This document shows, piece by piece, positions 37,467-48,108 of a DNA stretch of 64,000 nt. How positions within the stretch are numbered: position 1 is the stretch's first letter; each line of letters begins with the position of its first letter. Source of the DNA: Clostridia bacterium (GTDB taxonomy: Bacteria > Bacillota > Clostridia > TANB77 > CAG-508); contig JAAVZW010000027.1 of assembly GCA_022791835.1 (NCBI GenBank), positions 10,112 through 74,111 of the forward strand, read 5' to 3'. The notes beneath the pieces were generated by a model, which was not told where the DNA came from, ran no database searches, and saw only the letters and a program-made list of their open reading frames with translations. Made by a program: the position numbers and the translations under genes.

Positions 37467-39659
37467 TTATAGCATTCGTGTGTCTAAATCATATTCTTCG
37501 TCTCTTTTTAACAATAATCCAATTTCATTGTCATACTTTAGGTCTATTATTTCTATTTCGCTAATATATGGATTTGGAGATATGTATTCTTTCATTTTTC
37601 TATACTGTGCGTAGCTTATTGTTGTTGTTAGTTTATTTATTTTTCTTTTTAGTTTGTTTTTATTCTTGTACGTTATTTCTTCTTTATATGCTTGAAATAA
37701 GTCTATATTTTGATCATAGATTGTTTTTGGTATTACTGTTACATTATCTATGTTTCTTAGTAACTTTTGTGCTTCTGTTTTGTTTGTGTCATAATCTACT
37801 ATATTATCTAGAAATTCCATACCCGTTTTGAAAGTTTTTATAAATCTCGTGTTTTCTAGTGTTTCTTTTGAATATAATTTATCTACTAGTTTTATTTTAT
37901 CTGTTTCTTCTAGTATTTTGTTGTTGAATGGTAATAGTAGTTCTATACTTTTTTGATTTATTTCTTCATCATATATATGTCCTATTCCTGTTGCTTCTTT
38001 TGTATAAATGTATACATTGGATTCTTCTTTTTTATATTCTCTGTTTCTGTAGCATCTTCCCATTCTTTGAAAAATGCTGTCTAACGTTGACATTTCTGTG
38101 TATAGGTAGTCAAAGTCTATGTCTAACGAGGCTTCTACTATTTGTGTTGTTATCCATATACCTCTTTTTTCTTGATTTTTTGAGAATTCTTTTATCTTTT
38201 CTTCTTTTTGATTTCTGTCTTTTCCTATAAATCTAGAATGTAATAGTTTTACATTGTCTGCTTGTTTTTCTTTTAGTTCTGAATATAACTCTATTGCTTT
38301 ATTTACAGTATTACATATGACTAATACTTTATTATTTTTGCTTTTTTCTTTTATTTGATCTATTTCTTCTTTTATGTTTTTTTCTTTTATTTGGATTTTA
38401 TGCCTTTGTACGTTTTTTATAAATTCATTGTATTTAAATTGTATTCCCATTTTTTCTAGTTCTTCTTTATAAATTCTTGGTAATGTGGCTGTCATTACCA
38501 TAAATTTTCCACCTAACTTATGTATCATTTGTAAGCCTTTTAGTATAACTGCTACTATTTCTGGAGAGTATGCTTGTATTTCGTCTATAATTATTTTCGA
38601 ATAACTAAGGGTTGCATATATTTTTTCATAGCCTTTATACTTAAAAACGAATGGGAATATTTGATCTATTGTGCATGTTGTTATCTTTTCTGATAGGTTT
38701 CTTGATTGTTCATATATTTGTAGTCCTAAGGATAGTTCATCTTTTTCTTCTAGGTAATCTAATGCTGTTCCATGTAATAATCCTACATGTTCATAATTCA
38801 TACCCTCTCGTATTCTGTCAAATATTGCGTTTATGCTTATTCTTATTGGTAATGTGAAAAAAGTTTTGCTATTTTTACTCCATAATAGGGCTGATTCTGT
38901 TTTTCCTATTCCAGTCGAACCTATGACTAATAAATTATTATCTTGATTTTGTTTACTGAATTCTTGTATGTCTCTTAGCTGATATCCTTTGCTTTTTATT
39001 TGGTTTCCTACTACCTCTCCTATTTCTTCATTTGTTTCGTCCTCTACCTTGATATTCGCAGAGCTACTATGGTCTAATCTATGTAATAATCCTTTGAGCA
39101 GGCAATATTCTTCATATTGCCTGTCCTTTTTTGATATTCGGTCTCTTTTTCCGCTTCCTATATACATTAGATACATTGAATTAGGATGTTTTTCGATTTC
39201 TATACCTATTTCTTTCTCTATTTGTTCTGCTTGTGGAAGTATGTCTGTTTTGATTATTTCTTCTACTAATTTACTATCTACTGGCACTTTTTCTCTTTCA
39301 TGGTGATAGAAAATAACTTGATATATTAATCTCTTTTCTTCTTTACTTAAATTAAATTTTTGTGTTGGTATGAAAAGAGGAGAAAGTTCTTCATGTCTAG
39401 CTATTTCATAGCTAAATTTAGTGGATAAGGTTTCTTTTCCTAATTTTTTTCTTATTTCGTTTTGAAAAGGTGTGTATACTTTTCCTATGTCATGGTATGT
39501 ACATATTATTTTTAATAAGTCCCAAAATCTTTCTTTTTCTATGTTTTTTCCTTTTAAAATTTCTTCGCCATATGTGTTTTTTAGTATTTCTAAGTTTTTT
39601 AATAATGCTTTTGTATGTTCTTCTACTGTTTGCTCAGGTTTAGATTTTGCATAATACAT
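37467..39659 (-). CDS. cas3: Cas3 (HD nuclease + DExH helicase)
   Basis: HD motif ...ICTYHDIGKV..., Walker A GSTGIGKTES, helicase motifs. Start placed at ATG 39659 (RBS AGGAG); the track ORF extends to 39698 and would overlap cas5. Confidence 0.85.
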   Translation of the reverse strand: MYYAKSKPEQTVEEHTKALLKNLEILKNTYGEEILKGKNIEKERFWDLLKIICTYHDIGKVYTPFQNEIRKKLGKETLSTKFSYEIARHEELSPLFIPTQKFNLSKEEKRLIYQVIFYHHEREKVPVDSKLVEEIIKTDILPQAEQIEKEIGIEIEKHPNSMYLMYIGSGKRDRISKKDRQYEEYCLLKGLLHRLDHSSSANIKVEDETNEEIGEVVGNQIKSKGYQLRDIQEFSKQNQDNNLLVIGSTGIGKTESALLWSKNSKTFFTLPIRISINAIFDRIREGMNYEHVGLLHGTALDYLEEKDELSLGLQIYEQSRNLSEKITTCTIDQIFPFVFKYKGYEKIYATLSYSKIIIDEIQAYSPEIVAVILKGLQMIHKLGGKFMVMTATLPRIYKEELEKMGIQFKYNEFIKNVQRHKIQIKEKNIKEEIDQIKEKSKNNKVLVICNTVNKAIELYSELKEKQADNVKLLHSRFIGKDRNQKEEKIKEFSKNQEKRGIWITTQIVEASLDIDFDYLYTEMSTLDSIFQRMGRCYRNREYKKEESNVYIYTKEATGIGHIYDEEINQKSIELLLPFNNKILEETDKIKLVDKLYSKETLENTRFIKTFKTGMEFLDNIVDYDTNKTEAQKLLRNIDNVTVIPKTIYDQNIDLFQAYKEEITYKNKNKLKRKINKLTTTISYAQYRKMKEYISPNPYISEIEIIDLKYDNEIGLLLKRDEEYDLDTRML

Positions 39660-39660
39660 T

Positions 39661-40316
39661 TTAATACTCCTTTTCATAGAAAAATACGTAGTCTCCATCT
39701 TGGTCTCTCAACACTTGCTCTATTCCTTGGTTTGTATGTCTTTCTATATATTTCACATTGACTTTATCCCATTTTCTGAGGTTATTTATTATTTGATATT
39801 TAGTGTTTAATCTATATTGTATTCCACTAATTTCATTGCTCAAATGCTCTGGTACATATGCGTTGTACTCGTTTATCATTCCTCCTGATAATTCAGGTTT
39901 TTGAATGATTTTTACCTCATCTACTCTTACCATATCTTCGTTTCTTCCTAGTGTAAAAGTTTCTTTTCCTGTTACGATGTTTTCATATATTTTTTCTATT
40001 ATCTCATCTTCTGCTTGTACGTGGATAATAAGTTCTATATTTAGTAATTGGTGTACATTTCTTGGCATTGATGTCACTTGGTCTTTTCCTTTAAACATTC
40101 TTAAGTTTTGATAGTTAGAAAATATACTTTCATATTTGCCTTGTATGGAGATATTCATTTTAAAATATTCTCCGAAATTTAGCTCCTAGAATTTTGTGAA
40201 GCATTCCTATTACTGTTGAATATGGTGGCAAAGGATAGGTTTCTGCTACTTTGAAGGCAAATGGCTTTTTGTAGCAGGCTGTTTCTTGAAATAGTTTCAT
40301 TTTTAAATATTTCATT
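39661..40316 (-). CDS. cas5: Cas5 (type I-B), apparent 1-nt frameshift near 40172
   Basis: N-terminal 57 aa MKYLKMKLFQETACYKKPFAFKVAETYPLPPYSTVIGMLHKILGAKF in one frame, the rest (track ORF 39661..40158) in another. One extra G in ...TTTCGG(G)AGAA restores AKFRGEYFKMNISIQGK. Confidence 0.7.
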
Positions 40317-40329
40317 TCTCCCATCCTTT

Positions 40330-41232
40330 CTATTTACAATAGTACTCCTCTACTTGCTTCTCTAAGTTTTCAAAAAATTCTTGTACAGATGTTACTTTTC
40401 CTTCAAAAATTTCTTCTATTTCTTTTTCATTTTTGAAAGTATCTTTTACTATTCCTATTTTTGTATCGTTATATATAGAATTTTCTCCTACTTTTAGACT
40501 TAGTGTGTCTTTTAACATATTTGTATTTATTGTAAATTCTTTGTTTCTTCCTTCTAGTTTGATTCTTCCTAAGAAGAATGGCGAATTTAGGTCATAAATT
40601 CCTCCTATTACAAATAGTGGACTTAGGTTTTCTTCTCTTCCTCTTATTTCTCTATTTAATACTTTTATTATTTCTAATAATTCTTTTACTCTTTTGTTTC
40701 TAATGTTATTGTCCATTGTTAATTCACCATCTACTCCTACTTTTGATAGGTCTATTGTTACTGTGTATGTATAGTAGCTTAAATGTTGTTCTATGTTTGC
40801 TAGGTTTGGGAATTCGTTTATTCTATCTGCTAGTCCTTTGTTGTTTAAGAAGTCCATATCACTTTTATAATCTTCTAAGGAAATTGCATTACTTAGTCTT
40901 ACTGCTGCGCTTCTAATTAGTGACGCTCCTTCTTCTTTTTTTGCTGTTTTCATGTATCCAAATAAATCCATTTCTTCTGAATCTTCTATTGTTAATTCGT
41001 CTTTGAATTGTACTGTACCTTTTGATTTGTCTACTACTTCCAAATTCCATCCAAATAGTTTATTTCCTATCCTTGCTATATCATATCTTAGTGCTTGTCT
41101 TGATGCAAATGTGTATACACTTCCATCTCCTCTTGTTAATTTTTTTAGTTCTGATATATTTCCTATCCCTTCTCCATAGTTTAGGCTTTGTGCTTTGAAA
41201 ATCATTGTTATTGTTAATCCATTTTTATTCAT
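40330..41232 (-). CDS. cas7: Cas7 (Csh2/Cst2, type I-B backbone)
   Basis: 300 aa, MNKNGLTITMIFKAQSLNYGEGIGNISELKKLTRGDG...FASRQALRYDI typical Cas7 N-terminus. Confidence 0.8.
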   Translation of the reverse strand: MNKNGLTITMIFKAQSLNYGEGIGNISELKKLTRGDGSVYTFASRQALRYDIARIGNKLFGWNLEVVDKSKGTVQFKDELTIEDSEEMDLFGYMKTAKKEEGASLIRSAAVRLSNAISLEDYKSDMDFLNNKGLADRINEFPNLANIEQHLSYYTYTVTIDLSKVGVDGELTMDNNIRNKRVKELLEIIKVLNREIRGREENLSPLFVIGGIYDLNSPFFLGRIKLEGRNKEFTINTNMLKDTLSLKVGENSIYNDTKIGIVKDTFKNEKEIEEIFEGKVTSVQEFFENLEKQVEEYYCK

Positions 41233-43063
41233 TTACTTGTTCCTCCTCTTTTTTATTTGATATTAGTCCTGCTAGAAAGCTTTGTCCTATTGCTTCATAT
41301 CCTAAGCTTGTGTCTTTCATTATTTCTATGAATATTGGTGAGACATCTTTTTCTAATGACATATGTATTCTTATAATCGTATCCATTAGCTCTTGCTTAT
41401 TTCCTACTCTAATAGCATTTAGCATTTTATATGTGTATCCATTTAATTTGTTTTCTTCTTTTTTTGCTTTAAGTGTTGCATGTATATCTAGTCCTAAATT
41501 GTATAGTACACTTAGCTTTGCGTTATTTTTCTTTATCTCTTCTTCCATTTTATTTTCCTCCTTTTTTAATAAATTTAAAGTTGCTCTTATTTTTGTTCCT
41601 AAATATGAATAATATCCAAACGGACTGTCTTTCTTTATTTCTTCTAACAGCCTGTCATTTATTACGTATTTAATATCTTTGTTTTTTAGAATACTGTCTA
41701 CTATTTGTAGTTTGTAGCCATAATCTTTGATTTTACTAAGCATTGTGTTTGCATACTCTATGAAAAAACGTGCTACATATCTTTTTATGTTAAAGTACTG
41801 CATTCTGCTGTATGCTCCATATTCTGTTTCAAATTCTACTACAAATATATTTTGTAGTTGCCATTCGCTGATTTCTTTATTTTCTTCTACTATATTTAGG
41901 ATTAAATCAGTATATGGATTTTCCATGTTTTTATCTTTTTTAGATTTTTCACTAAAGTAATTATTAGTCCTTAGCAGTTCTTCTATGCTCATATCATCAT
42001 TTACAAAACTTAGTATTTCTTTTTCTTTGTAAATGCTTTTCCCTTTGTCTTGTTCTTTGACTATTTTTGATATTGTTGTAATTCCTGCTGGTATACAGAA
42101 TAGTATTAATTTGCATATATCACATACTGGAAATTCTGCGTTTTGGTTCCAGAAGAAATTTTTCATATTATCACTGCTAATTGCTAAAGGTGCAAAATTA
42201 CTTTCTGAGTAATTACCTGTAATTGTATGTTCGTTTTCGCACATATAACAAATTGTAAATACTTTATTTTGCAGATATTCTTTTATTTCTTCAAGGCTTT
42301 TGTTTCTTTCTATAAACTTTTTATTTAAATTATTGTATATCTGTTGTACTTCTTTTGTTAGAAGTTCACTATTTGTTTTTTGTATATGTTCTTTTATTTC
42401 TTCTATTGTGTATTTATTTTCTGTAATGTCTTGCATAAAATCTAATTCTATTATATTACTAATATAGTCTTTGTACATTACTTCTTGTTGCTCTTCATAT
42501 GATAGCGCTGTTTTTACTACGTTTAAAAAACTTGGCTGGCCAAAGTAGTTTTTGCTTAATATGCTTTTGAAAAAGTTCATTGTGATTCTTTTATTTATTT
42601 CGTCTTTTTGAATTTCCTTTTTTATATTTTCTTGTATTGTTTTTAGTTCTTCTTTTTCTTCTGCTTTTTCAATTTTATCGTATTCTTCTAATATATTTGA
42701 ATAGATTTCTTCATTTATTTTTTTGATTTTGTCTAGTTGTGATTTTATTATTGCTTTTATGTATTTCTTTTCTTTTTTTATTTTTTCTTTAATTTCTTTT
42801 TCGTTTGCGTTCTCTTGGCTTAAATAGTTTTTTATTTTTTCGAATGATGTATCTATTCTGCTTGATACTCTTTCTGCTACATTGTATGTGTCAAAAAAGT
42901 ATTTGAAATAGTTTTGGTGGAAATTTTTTAAGTCTTTTGTATCAAATTCTATGTAGTTATCTTGCATTTTTGCAAAGTTTTTGTCATTATGTTTTAGTAT
43001 TCTTAAGAATCCGATAATACCTGCATTATAGAACCACTCTCTTGCATATATTCTTGTTTTCAA
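41225..43063 (-). CDS. cas8b: Cas8b (Csh1/Cst1 large subunit, type I-B)
   Basis: 612 aa, N-terminal WFYNAGIIGFLRIL motif, position between cas6 and cas7. Confidence 0.7.
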   Translation of the reverse strand: MKTRIYAREWFYNAGIIGFLRILKHNDKNFAKMQDNYIEFDTKDLKNFHQNYFKYFFDTYNVAERVSSRIDTSFEKIKNYLSQENANEKEIKEKIKKEKKYIKAIIKSQLDKIKKINEEIYSNILEEYDKIEKAEEKEELKTIQENIKKEIQKDEINKRITMNFFKSILSKNYFGQPSFLNVVKTALSYEEQQEVMYKDYISNIIELDFMQDITENKYTIEEIKEHIQKTNSELLTKEVQQIYNNLNKKFIERNKSLEEIKEYLQNKVFTICYMCENEHTITGNYSESNFAPLAISSDNMKNFFWNQNAEFPVCDICKLILFCIPAGITTISKIVKEQDKGKSIYKEKEILSFVNDDMSIEELLRTNNYFSEKSKKDKNMENPYTDLILNIVEENKEISEWQLQNIFVVEFETEYGAYSRMQYFNIKRYVARFFIEYANTMLSKIKDYGYKLQIVDSILKNKDIKYVINDRLLEEIKKDSPFGYYSYLGTKIRATLNLLKKEENKMEEEIKKNNAKLSVLYNLGLDIHATLKAKKEENKLNGYTYKMLNAIRVGNKQELMDTIIRIHMSLEKDVSPIFIEIMKDTSLGYEAIGQSFLAGLISNKKEEEQVNE

Positions 43064-43081
43064 GTTTTTGCCTCCTTGCTT

Positions 43082-43804
43082 TTAAATTATATCAAATAGT
43101 CCGAATCCTACTGCTTTTTTAGTTCCTATTCCGCTTTTATATAAGTAGTCTAGTAGTATGGTATTTCCTGTTAATTCAAATGTCCCAATTGAACATTCAA
43201 TACTATATTCGTATACTTTTACTACTGTCTTTTTTGCTTTGATTGGCTTTATTTCAAAACCTTCTAGCAAATTTAAGTCTAGCCCTTCTTCTTTCATTTG
43301 TTCTTCAATATTTATTTTTATGTATTTGTTGAATTCTTCTGCTTTTTCAAAGGAATAGTACATGTCTTTTTGTGTTTCTCTGTTGTGGTTTCTTACAATT
43401 ATAGGACTAGACATTTTTATGTTTATGCTATTGGTTTTGATTTCTTTTTCTTTTATTAGAGATATTTTAACTAATGTCATGGAATTTTGGTTTAGATGAA
43501 ATTTTTTATTCTTTTGTTTTAGAAATGCATTATAGAGATGTAAGGTATATGCATAATTATAACCTGAAAATATTATGTAAAAGCCTGTGTCTGCTAGTGT
43601 AACTGTGTCTTTGTCGAATTTTGGATGGTTTAGTATTGGTGACCATGTAAATGTCTTTTTCTTTGTTTTTCCTTTGCCATATAGGTCTTCGAATAGGTTT
43701 TGATCATATTCTTGTATGCTGTGTTTTACGAAACTTATTATGCTTTTTCTGTATTGGATGTCTAGTTCTGGTTTTTCTAGGGTGAATTCTAGCTTTAATC
43801 GCAT
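43082..43804 (-). CDS. cas6: Cas6 (crRNA endoribonuclease)
   Basis: 240 aa, C-terminal Gly-rich loop GIGTKKAVGFGLFDII. Confidence 0.75.
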   Translation of the reverse strand: MRLKLEFTLEKPELDIQYRKSIISFVKHSIQEYDQNLFEDLYGKGKTKKKTFTWSPILNHPKFDKDTVTLADTGFYIIFSGYNYAYTLHLYNAFLKQKNKKFHLNQNSMTLVKISLIKEKEIKTNSINIKMSSPIIVRNHNRETQKDMYYSFEKAEEFNKYIKINIEEQMKEEGLDLNLLEGFEIKPIKAKKTVVKVYEYSIECSIGTFELTGNTILLDYLYKSGIGTKKAVGFGLFDII

Positions 43805-43954
43805 CTTTTCACCTCCTTTTTTTGGATTTAAAAATAGATTTAGAAAAGTTGATTTGATTATAGTTTTATTATTATATCATAATGTTTTATATTATGTCGT
43901 AAAAAGTCAAAAAAAGTTGAAAAAAATCATAAATTGCATGTGTATTAAATAAAA

Positions 43955-43993
43955 AGCCAAATCTTGTTCTTGTCATTAAGATTTGGCTTTTTT
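43955..43993. terminator. bidirectional hairpin terminator between the MBL gene and the cas operon
   Basis: GCCAAATCTT...AAGATTTGGC 10-bp stem, flanked by A tract upstream and T tract downstream. Confidence 0.5.
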
Positions 43994-44047
43994 GATTATA
44001 GCATATTTGGTATTTATGGTTCTAGCAAAGTTGTAAAAAGTTTAAAA

Positions 44048-45040
44048 TCATTTTAATACTTCAACATTTGGTGTAACTTCTTGCTTAATAGTATTCTCGA
44101 AAATGTCGACTGTTAATTTAATAACACCATAATTATCTGTAACTGCTGTTTTTTCTATATGTCCAGTGCAACATAGTTTATTAGATCTTTTTTTATATTT
44201 TTCTATCAACTCTTTATTAGGAAGATTAGAAGATCTATATACTGTTGTTACAGAATTAGCAAATATTCTTACATTATTTAGGGACTCTAGCAACAAATTC
44301 GAGCCATTTGAAGTATGGTGTGGTATTTTTAGATAGTCTATTGTATCTTTAAAGAAATTCTTGTCGTTTTCATTCCAACCTTCTTTCCATGATTCTAATG
44401 TTTCATTTTCTGTATCTCCACAAAGTAACATTTTAAAGTCTCCTATAGCAATAGCTGTAATAATACTAAGTTCATTATGGGTTGTTAAGCTCGCCCTTTT
44501 TTCTAATAGTCTTTTTGCTGGATATTTCTCAATAACTGTTGTTATTGGAGTATATGTACTAATTGCTAATGGGTATTTATAACCAGTCTGTATATTTTGA
44601 TACATTATCCTTTTTTGTGGAATAATTTCTATTTTGCCTGAACACGAGATAATTCTATTAGTTTTTTGGGGATTATTCTTATTCATACTAAGATATTCCG
44701 CTATTTTTTTGACACCGTTTTTCACTGCTGTATCATAGTCTTCTGTATTTTGTAAAAGATTATGAGGATATATTATATAAGTTTTTGGTCCTACTTTTTC
44801 TAATATTTTTTCAAGTCCAGTGCAATGGTCTGCATCAGGATGGGTCAAGCAAATAAAATCTACAATTTCAATATTTTTCTCTTTTAATATCTCTAATGTC
44901 TTGTTTGTAAGCTTATTTTCAAAACAATCTATAACCCCTGAAAATAAGACATTTCCATCTCCTATGATAAAAAATACTATACTTTCTCCCATTGGTTCAT
45001 ATCCAATAGTATATATTTCTACAATTAAACTTTCTTTCAC
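44048..45040 (-). CDS. stand-alone ComEC/Rec2-like metallo-beta-lactamase-fold hydrolase
   Basis: 330 aa. ...ICLTHPDADHCTGL... and ...LLCGDTENETLE...YLKIPHHTSNGSN...IFANSV...TGHIEKTAVTDNYGVIKLTVD matches the ComEC C-terminal MBL domain pattern (LTHPDxDH, LLTGDxE, LKVxHHGS). Confidence 0.55.
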   Translation of the reverse strand: MKESLIVEIYTIGYEPMGESIVFFIIGDGNVLFSGVIDCFENKLTNKTLEILKEKNIEIVDFICLTHPDADHCTGLEKILEKVGPKTYIIYPHNLLQNTEDYDTAVKNGVKKIAEYLSMNKNNPQKTNRIISCSGKIEIIPQKRIMYQNIQTGYKYPLAISTYTPITTVIEKYPAKRLLEKRASLTTHNELSIITAIAIGDFKMLLCGDTENETLESWKEGWNENDKNFFKDTIDYLKIPHHTSNGSNLLLESLNNVRIFANSVTTVYRSSNLPNKELIEKYKKRSNKLCCTGHIEKTAVTDNYGVIKLTVDIFENTIKQEVTPNVEVLK

Positions 45041-45213
45041 TATATGTATTGGTTCTTCATTATTATATTTGTCTATATTGCTTATCCTCTTTTCTATTTT
45101 TATATGAAATTATTTTTCCAAAAGTATTATAAGATTCAGATACTGAAAATTTGCTATTACAAATAAATTTATCTTTAGGTTTTGTATTGTATAAATTAGA
45201 TTTAAACTCTACT

Positions 45214-46044
45214 TTACTCATATTTTATTAGCACCTCGTCTTGATAATTTTCTTTTTTTAATTTTTCTAAGAATTCAATTTTTAAAGCTGATTTATATAC
45301 TTTAAACACTTCTTCATTAATCTTTTCTAGACAAATTTCATTATTTTTAACAATATCATCATAAACATCAATATCAACAATAACTTGATATGCAGTCTGT
45401 TGTTTTCCATTTTCGTCTGCTAAAATACCTTGCGATATATTACATAGTTCATTTACTTTGTATTCTCCCATCATGAATCTTTCTAATGTTTGTTTTGCTA
45501 ATAATGATTCTTTATCTTCTAATAATGCATGAAGGCTAAATAAATTTGTTTCAAAATATTCATTAATCTTATTAATATCCTTTAATATGTACATATTAAT
45601 TTTTCTAATACCAATCCTCTTTATTTCTAAGCCTTTTCTAATATTTTTTATTTTTTCTACAACTTTGGAAAATTCTTCTATTAAATTATTAAAATATATA
45701 AATTTTTCATAATTGACTGTCATAGTTGCAAAATTTCTCGTAATATCTATTACTATATTATTTTCATCTTTTACAAATGAGAAAAATTCTTCTTTATCGC
45801 TATTGTCTACTCTTACCACATTATTATTGTCACTTGTCTTATTTATGGTATTTAAATCAACTTTAAATTCTGCTAAAGTGCTAGACTTCATTTTATAGTC
45901 ATTATCTATTAAATAACTATAACTATTTTGTACAATGTTTTCCATGTCTTTTTCAAATAAATAATCATAATCTATTCTAATTATCATTTGTTTTAAGAAA
46001 TTACTTTTTAAGTCTTTTCTTTTAAACTGTTCTTTATCAACCAT
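45214..46044 (-). CDS. hypothetical protein, 276 aa, no recognisable domain
   Basis: Extremely AT-rich orphan ORF between the MBL gene and the polysaccharide locus. Confidence 0.45.
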   Translation of the reverse strand: MVDKEQFKRKDLKSNFLKQMIIRIDYDYLFEKDMENIVQNSYSYLIDNDYKMKSSTLAEFKVDLNTINKTSDNNNVVRVDNSDKEEFFSFVKDENNIVIDITRNFATMTVNYEKFIYFNNLIEEFSKVVEKIKNIRKGLEIKRIGIRKINMYILKDINKINEYFETNLFSLHALLEDKESLLAKQTLERFMMGEYKVNELCNISQGILADENGKQQTAYQVIVDIDVYDDIVKNNEICLEKINEEVFKVYKSALKIEFLEKLKKENYQDEVLIKYE

Positions 46045-46267
46045 TCATTTATTCCCTTCTATATTTTAGTAAACATCATTCTATCATGCTTTTTTATTTT
46101 TGGCAATATTTTATTTGGTTTATTGTTTGACAAAATATGATATTTTTCAACATTTATTGTTATATAAATAAAAGGTGAAAGCGAAATCTCATTATTGTTA
46201 GTAAGATTTAGCTTTTCTATTATTATATAATATTTAGTTTTTGTTTTGTAGAGAAGTTGAAAAAAGT

Positions 46268-47386
46268 TTAAATTTTCAAATATAGCTTTTCTGTTTTAGC
46301 AACTACTGCATCCCAGTCACAGATTTCTAATATATGCTTCTGTATTTCATTTCTAGATATCTCTATTTTTTTATTAATAATTTCTTCAATTTTCTGTTTA
46401 AGCTCGTTTATATTGCCTGCTTCAAATGGTATTGCATTGTCTCCTACTACTTCCATGTTTTCTGGTATATTACTCACTATACACATTTTTCCATAGCTCA
46501 TTGCCTCAAGTAGACTTAGTGGCATCCCTTCTATATCGCTTGGCAAGCAATATGCTAGGCAGTTACTAAATAGTTCTTCTAGTTCTTGTCCTTGAACAAA
46601 TCCTGTCATTATTACTCTATTATCTTCTGAAGCTTTTTTCCTTATTTCTTGTAAATATTCGTTTGTATGGCTGGCTCCTCCAGCTATTACTAATTTTTTT
46701 GTAGTATCTATTTCTTTAAAAGCCTCTAATAGGTAGTGTATTCCCTTTTCTGGTACAATTCTTCCTAAATATAATATATAACTATCTTTTTCTAGATTGT
46801 ATCTTTTCTTTATTATTTCTGGTTTCTTATATTCTGGTTTTTCTATTCCATTAGGTATAAATTCGGTTTCTCTTTTATATTCTTTTATGAAATATTCTTG
46901 CATATTTTTTGAAAGTACTATAATTTTGTCTGCATATTTTGCTGATATTTTTTCTCCGAATTTTAAATATCTTTTTGCAAATCCTCCCCATTTTGCTCTT
47001 TGCCAGTCTAGTCCATGTATGGTTACTACTGTTCTAATTCTAAAGAAATGTGGTAACCAAAGCATTGCTGCTGGTCCCTCTGCATGATAGTGTATTACAT
47101 CATATTTTCTAAATAAGGCTTTTATTGTAGCAAAAAAAGAGTATACTAAAGCTTCCAACCCTTTCTTCCTTAAAGTTGGAATTGTTTTTATTTTTACACC
47201 TTTGTATTCAGTTAGTTTTTGTTTATCTTTGTCTGCGTTCGCATCTTGGATGTTGTTTCCTTTGCGGTTATATACATCAACTATATGTCCTTTTTTGACT
47301 AATCTTGTAGATAATTCTTCAACAACAACCTCAACGCCACCTTCTCTAGATGGGATGCGCTTATGCCCTATCATGGCAATTTTCAT
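46268..47386 (-). CDS. glycosyltransferase family 4 (GT-B)
   Basis: 372 aa, Glycos_transf_1-like C-terminal half (...EGMPLSLLEAMSYGKMCIVSNI...). Confidence 0.75.
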   Translation of the reverse strand: MKIAMIGHKRIPSREGGVEVVVEELSTRLVKKGHIVDVYNRKGNNIQDANADKDKQKLTEYKGVKIKTIPTLRKKGLEALVYSFFATIKALFRKYDVIHYHAEGPAAMLWLPHFFRIRTVVTIHGLDWQRAKWGGFAKRYLKFGEKISAKYADKIIVLSKNMQEYFIKEYKRETEFIPNGIEKPEYKKPEIIKKRYNLEKDSYILYLGRIVPEKGIHYLLEAFKEIDTTKKLVIAGGASHTNEYLQEIRKKASEDNRVIMTGFVQGQELEELFSNCLAYCLPSDIEGMPLSLLEAMSYGKMCIVSNIPENMEVVGDNAIPFEAGNINELKQKIEEIINKKIEISRNEIQKHILEICDWDAVVAKTEKLYLKI

Positions 47387-47519
47387 TGTTCTTGCATCTT
47401 CCTTTGCTTAATATTTCTATACGTAAATATTATATATTAGAAGAATCGATTAGTCAATAATTTTGTCTAATTTGGCCGAATCTCTCTATCTGTCATCATT
47501 TTCCATTTTTATTTCTTCC

Positions 47520-48101
47520 TTATTTCCATTTTGCATTATTCCTTATAACTCTAGCAGGTACTCCTACTGCAATAGAATTAGCTGGTATATCTTTTGTCAC
47601 AATTGATCCAGCACCAATTATTGCTCCTTCACCTATATTTACCCCTTTCATTATAATTGCTCTTGTTCCTATCCAAACATGATTTCCTATAACTACATTT
47701 GCTTCTTTTTTATGATTTCCATCGATTATTTCATGTGCATCAGTATCTCTAATTATAACATCTCTTGCAATAGCTACATCTTCACCAATTTTTATACTTT
47801 TTGCACATACAATTTGTACAAAACCATTGAAATATCCACTTCCTAATTCCAGTTTTGCATTGTCGAACACCCTAATGTCTGAACCAAAACCAACTCCAAA
47901 ACGTCCATTTACCTTTAACTCACTTCTTTTACCTAGACTTATTCTAGTTTCTTGTTTAGATTTTGGATTTTCTTTATTTCCTATTGTTATTCTTCCATTT
48001 CCAGTGATAACTGCTGTCTTGTTAATATTTACCTTTGAATATTTTTTAAATACAATTCTTTTATTACCATATAAAATATTATTTACTATACTTATATCCA
48101 T
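47520..48101 (-). CDS. hexapeptide-repeat acetyltransferase
   Basis: 193 aa, LbH repeats (...[31 protein letters not shown]...). Confidence 0.7.
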   Translation of the reverse strand: MDISIVNNILYGNKRIVFKKYSKVNINKTAVITGNGRITIGNKENPKSKQETRISLGKRSELKVNGRFGVGFGSDIRVFDNAKLELGSGYFNGFVQIVCAKSIKIGEDVAIARDVIIRDTDAHEIIDGNHKKEANVVIGNHVWIGTRAIIMKGVNIGEGAIIGAGSIVTKDIPANSIAVGVPARVIRNNAKWK

Positions 48102-48108
48102 TTTTCTA

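Noticed and set aside
37568-39654. Leu/Phe-rich plus-strand ORFs inside cas3 and cas8b (e.g. 37928..38230, 40716..40916, 41205..41612)
   Set aside because: Antisense shadows in AT-rich coding DNA. The minus-strand Cas proteins have clear motifs.
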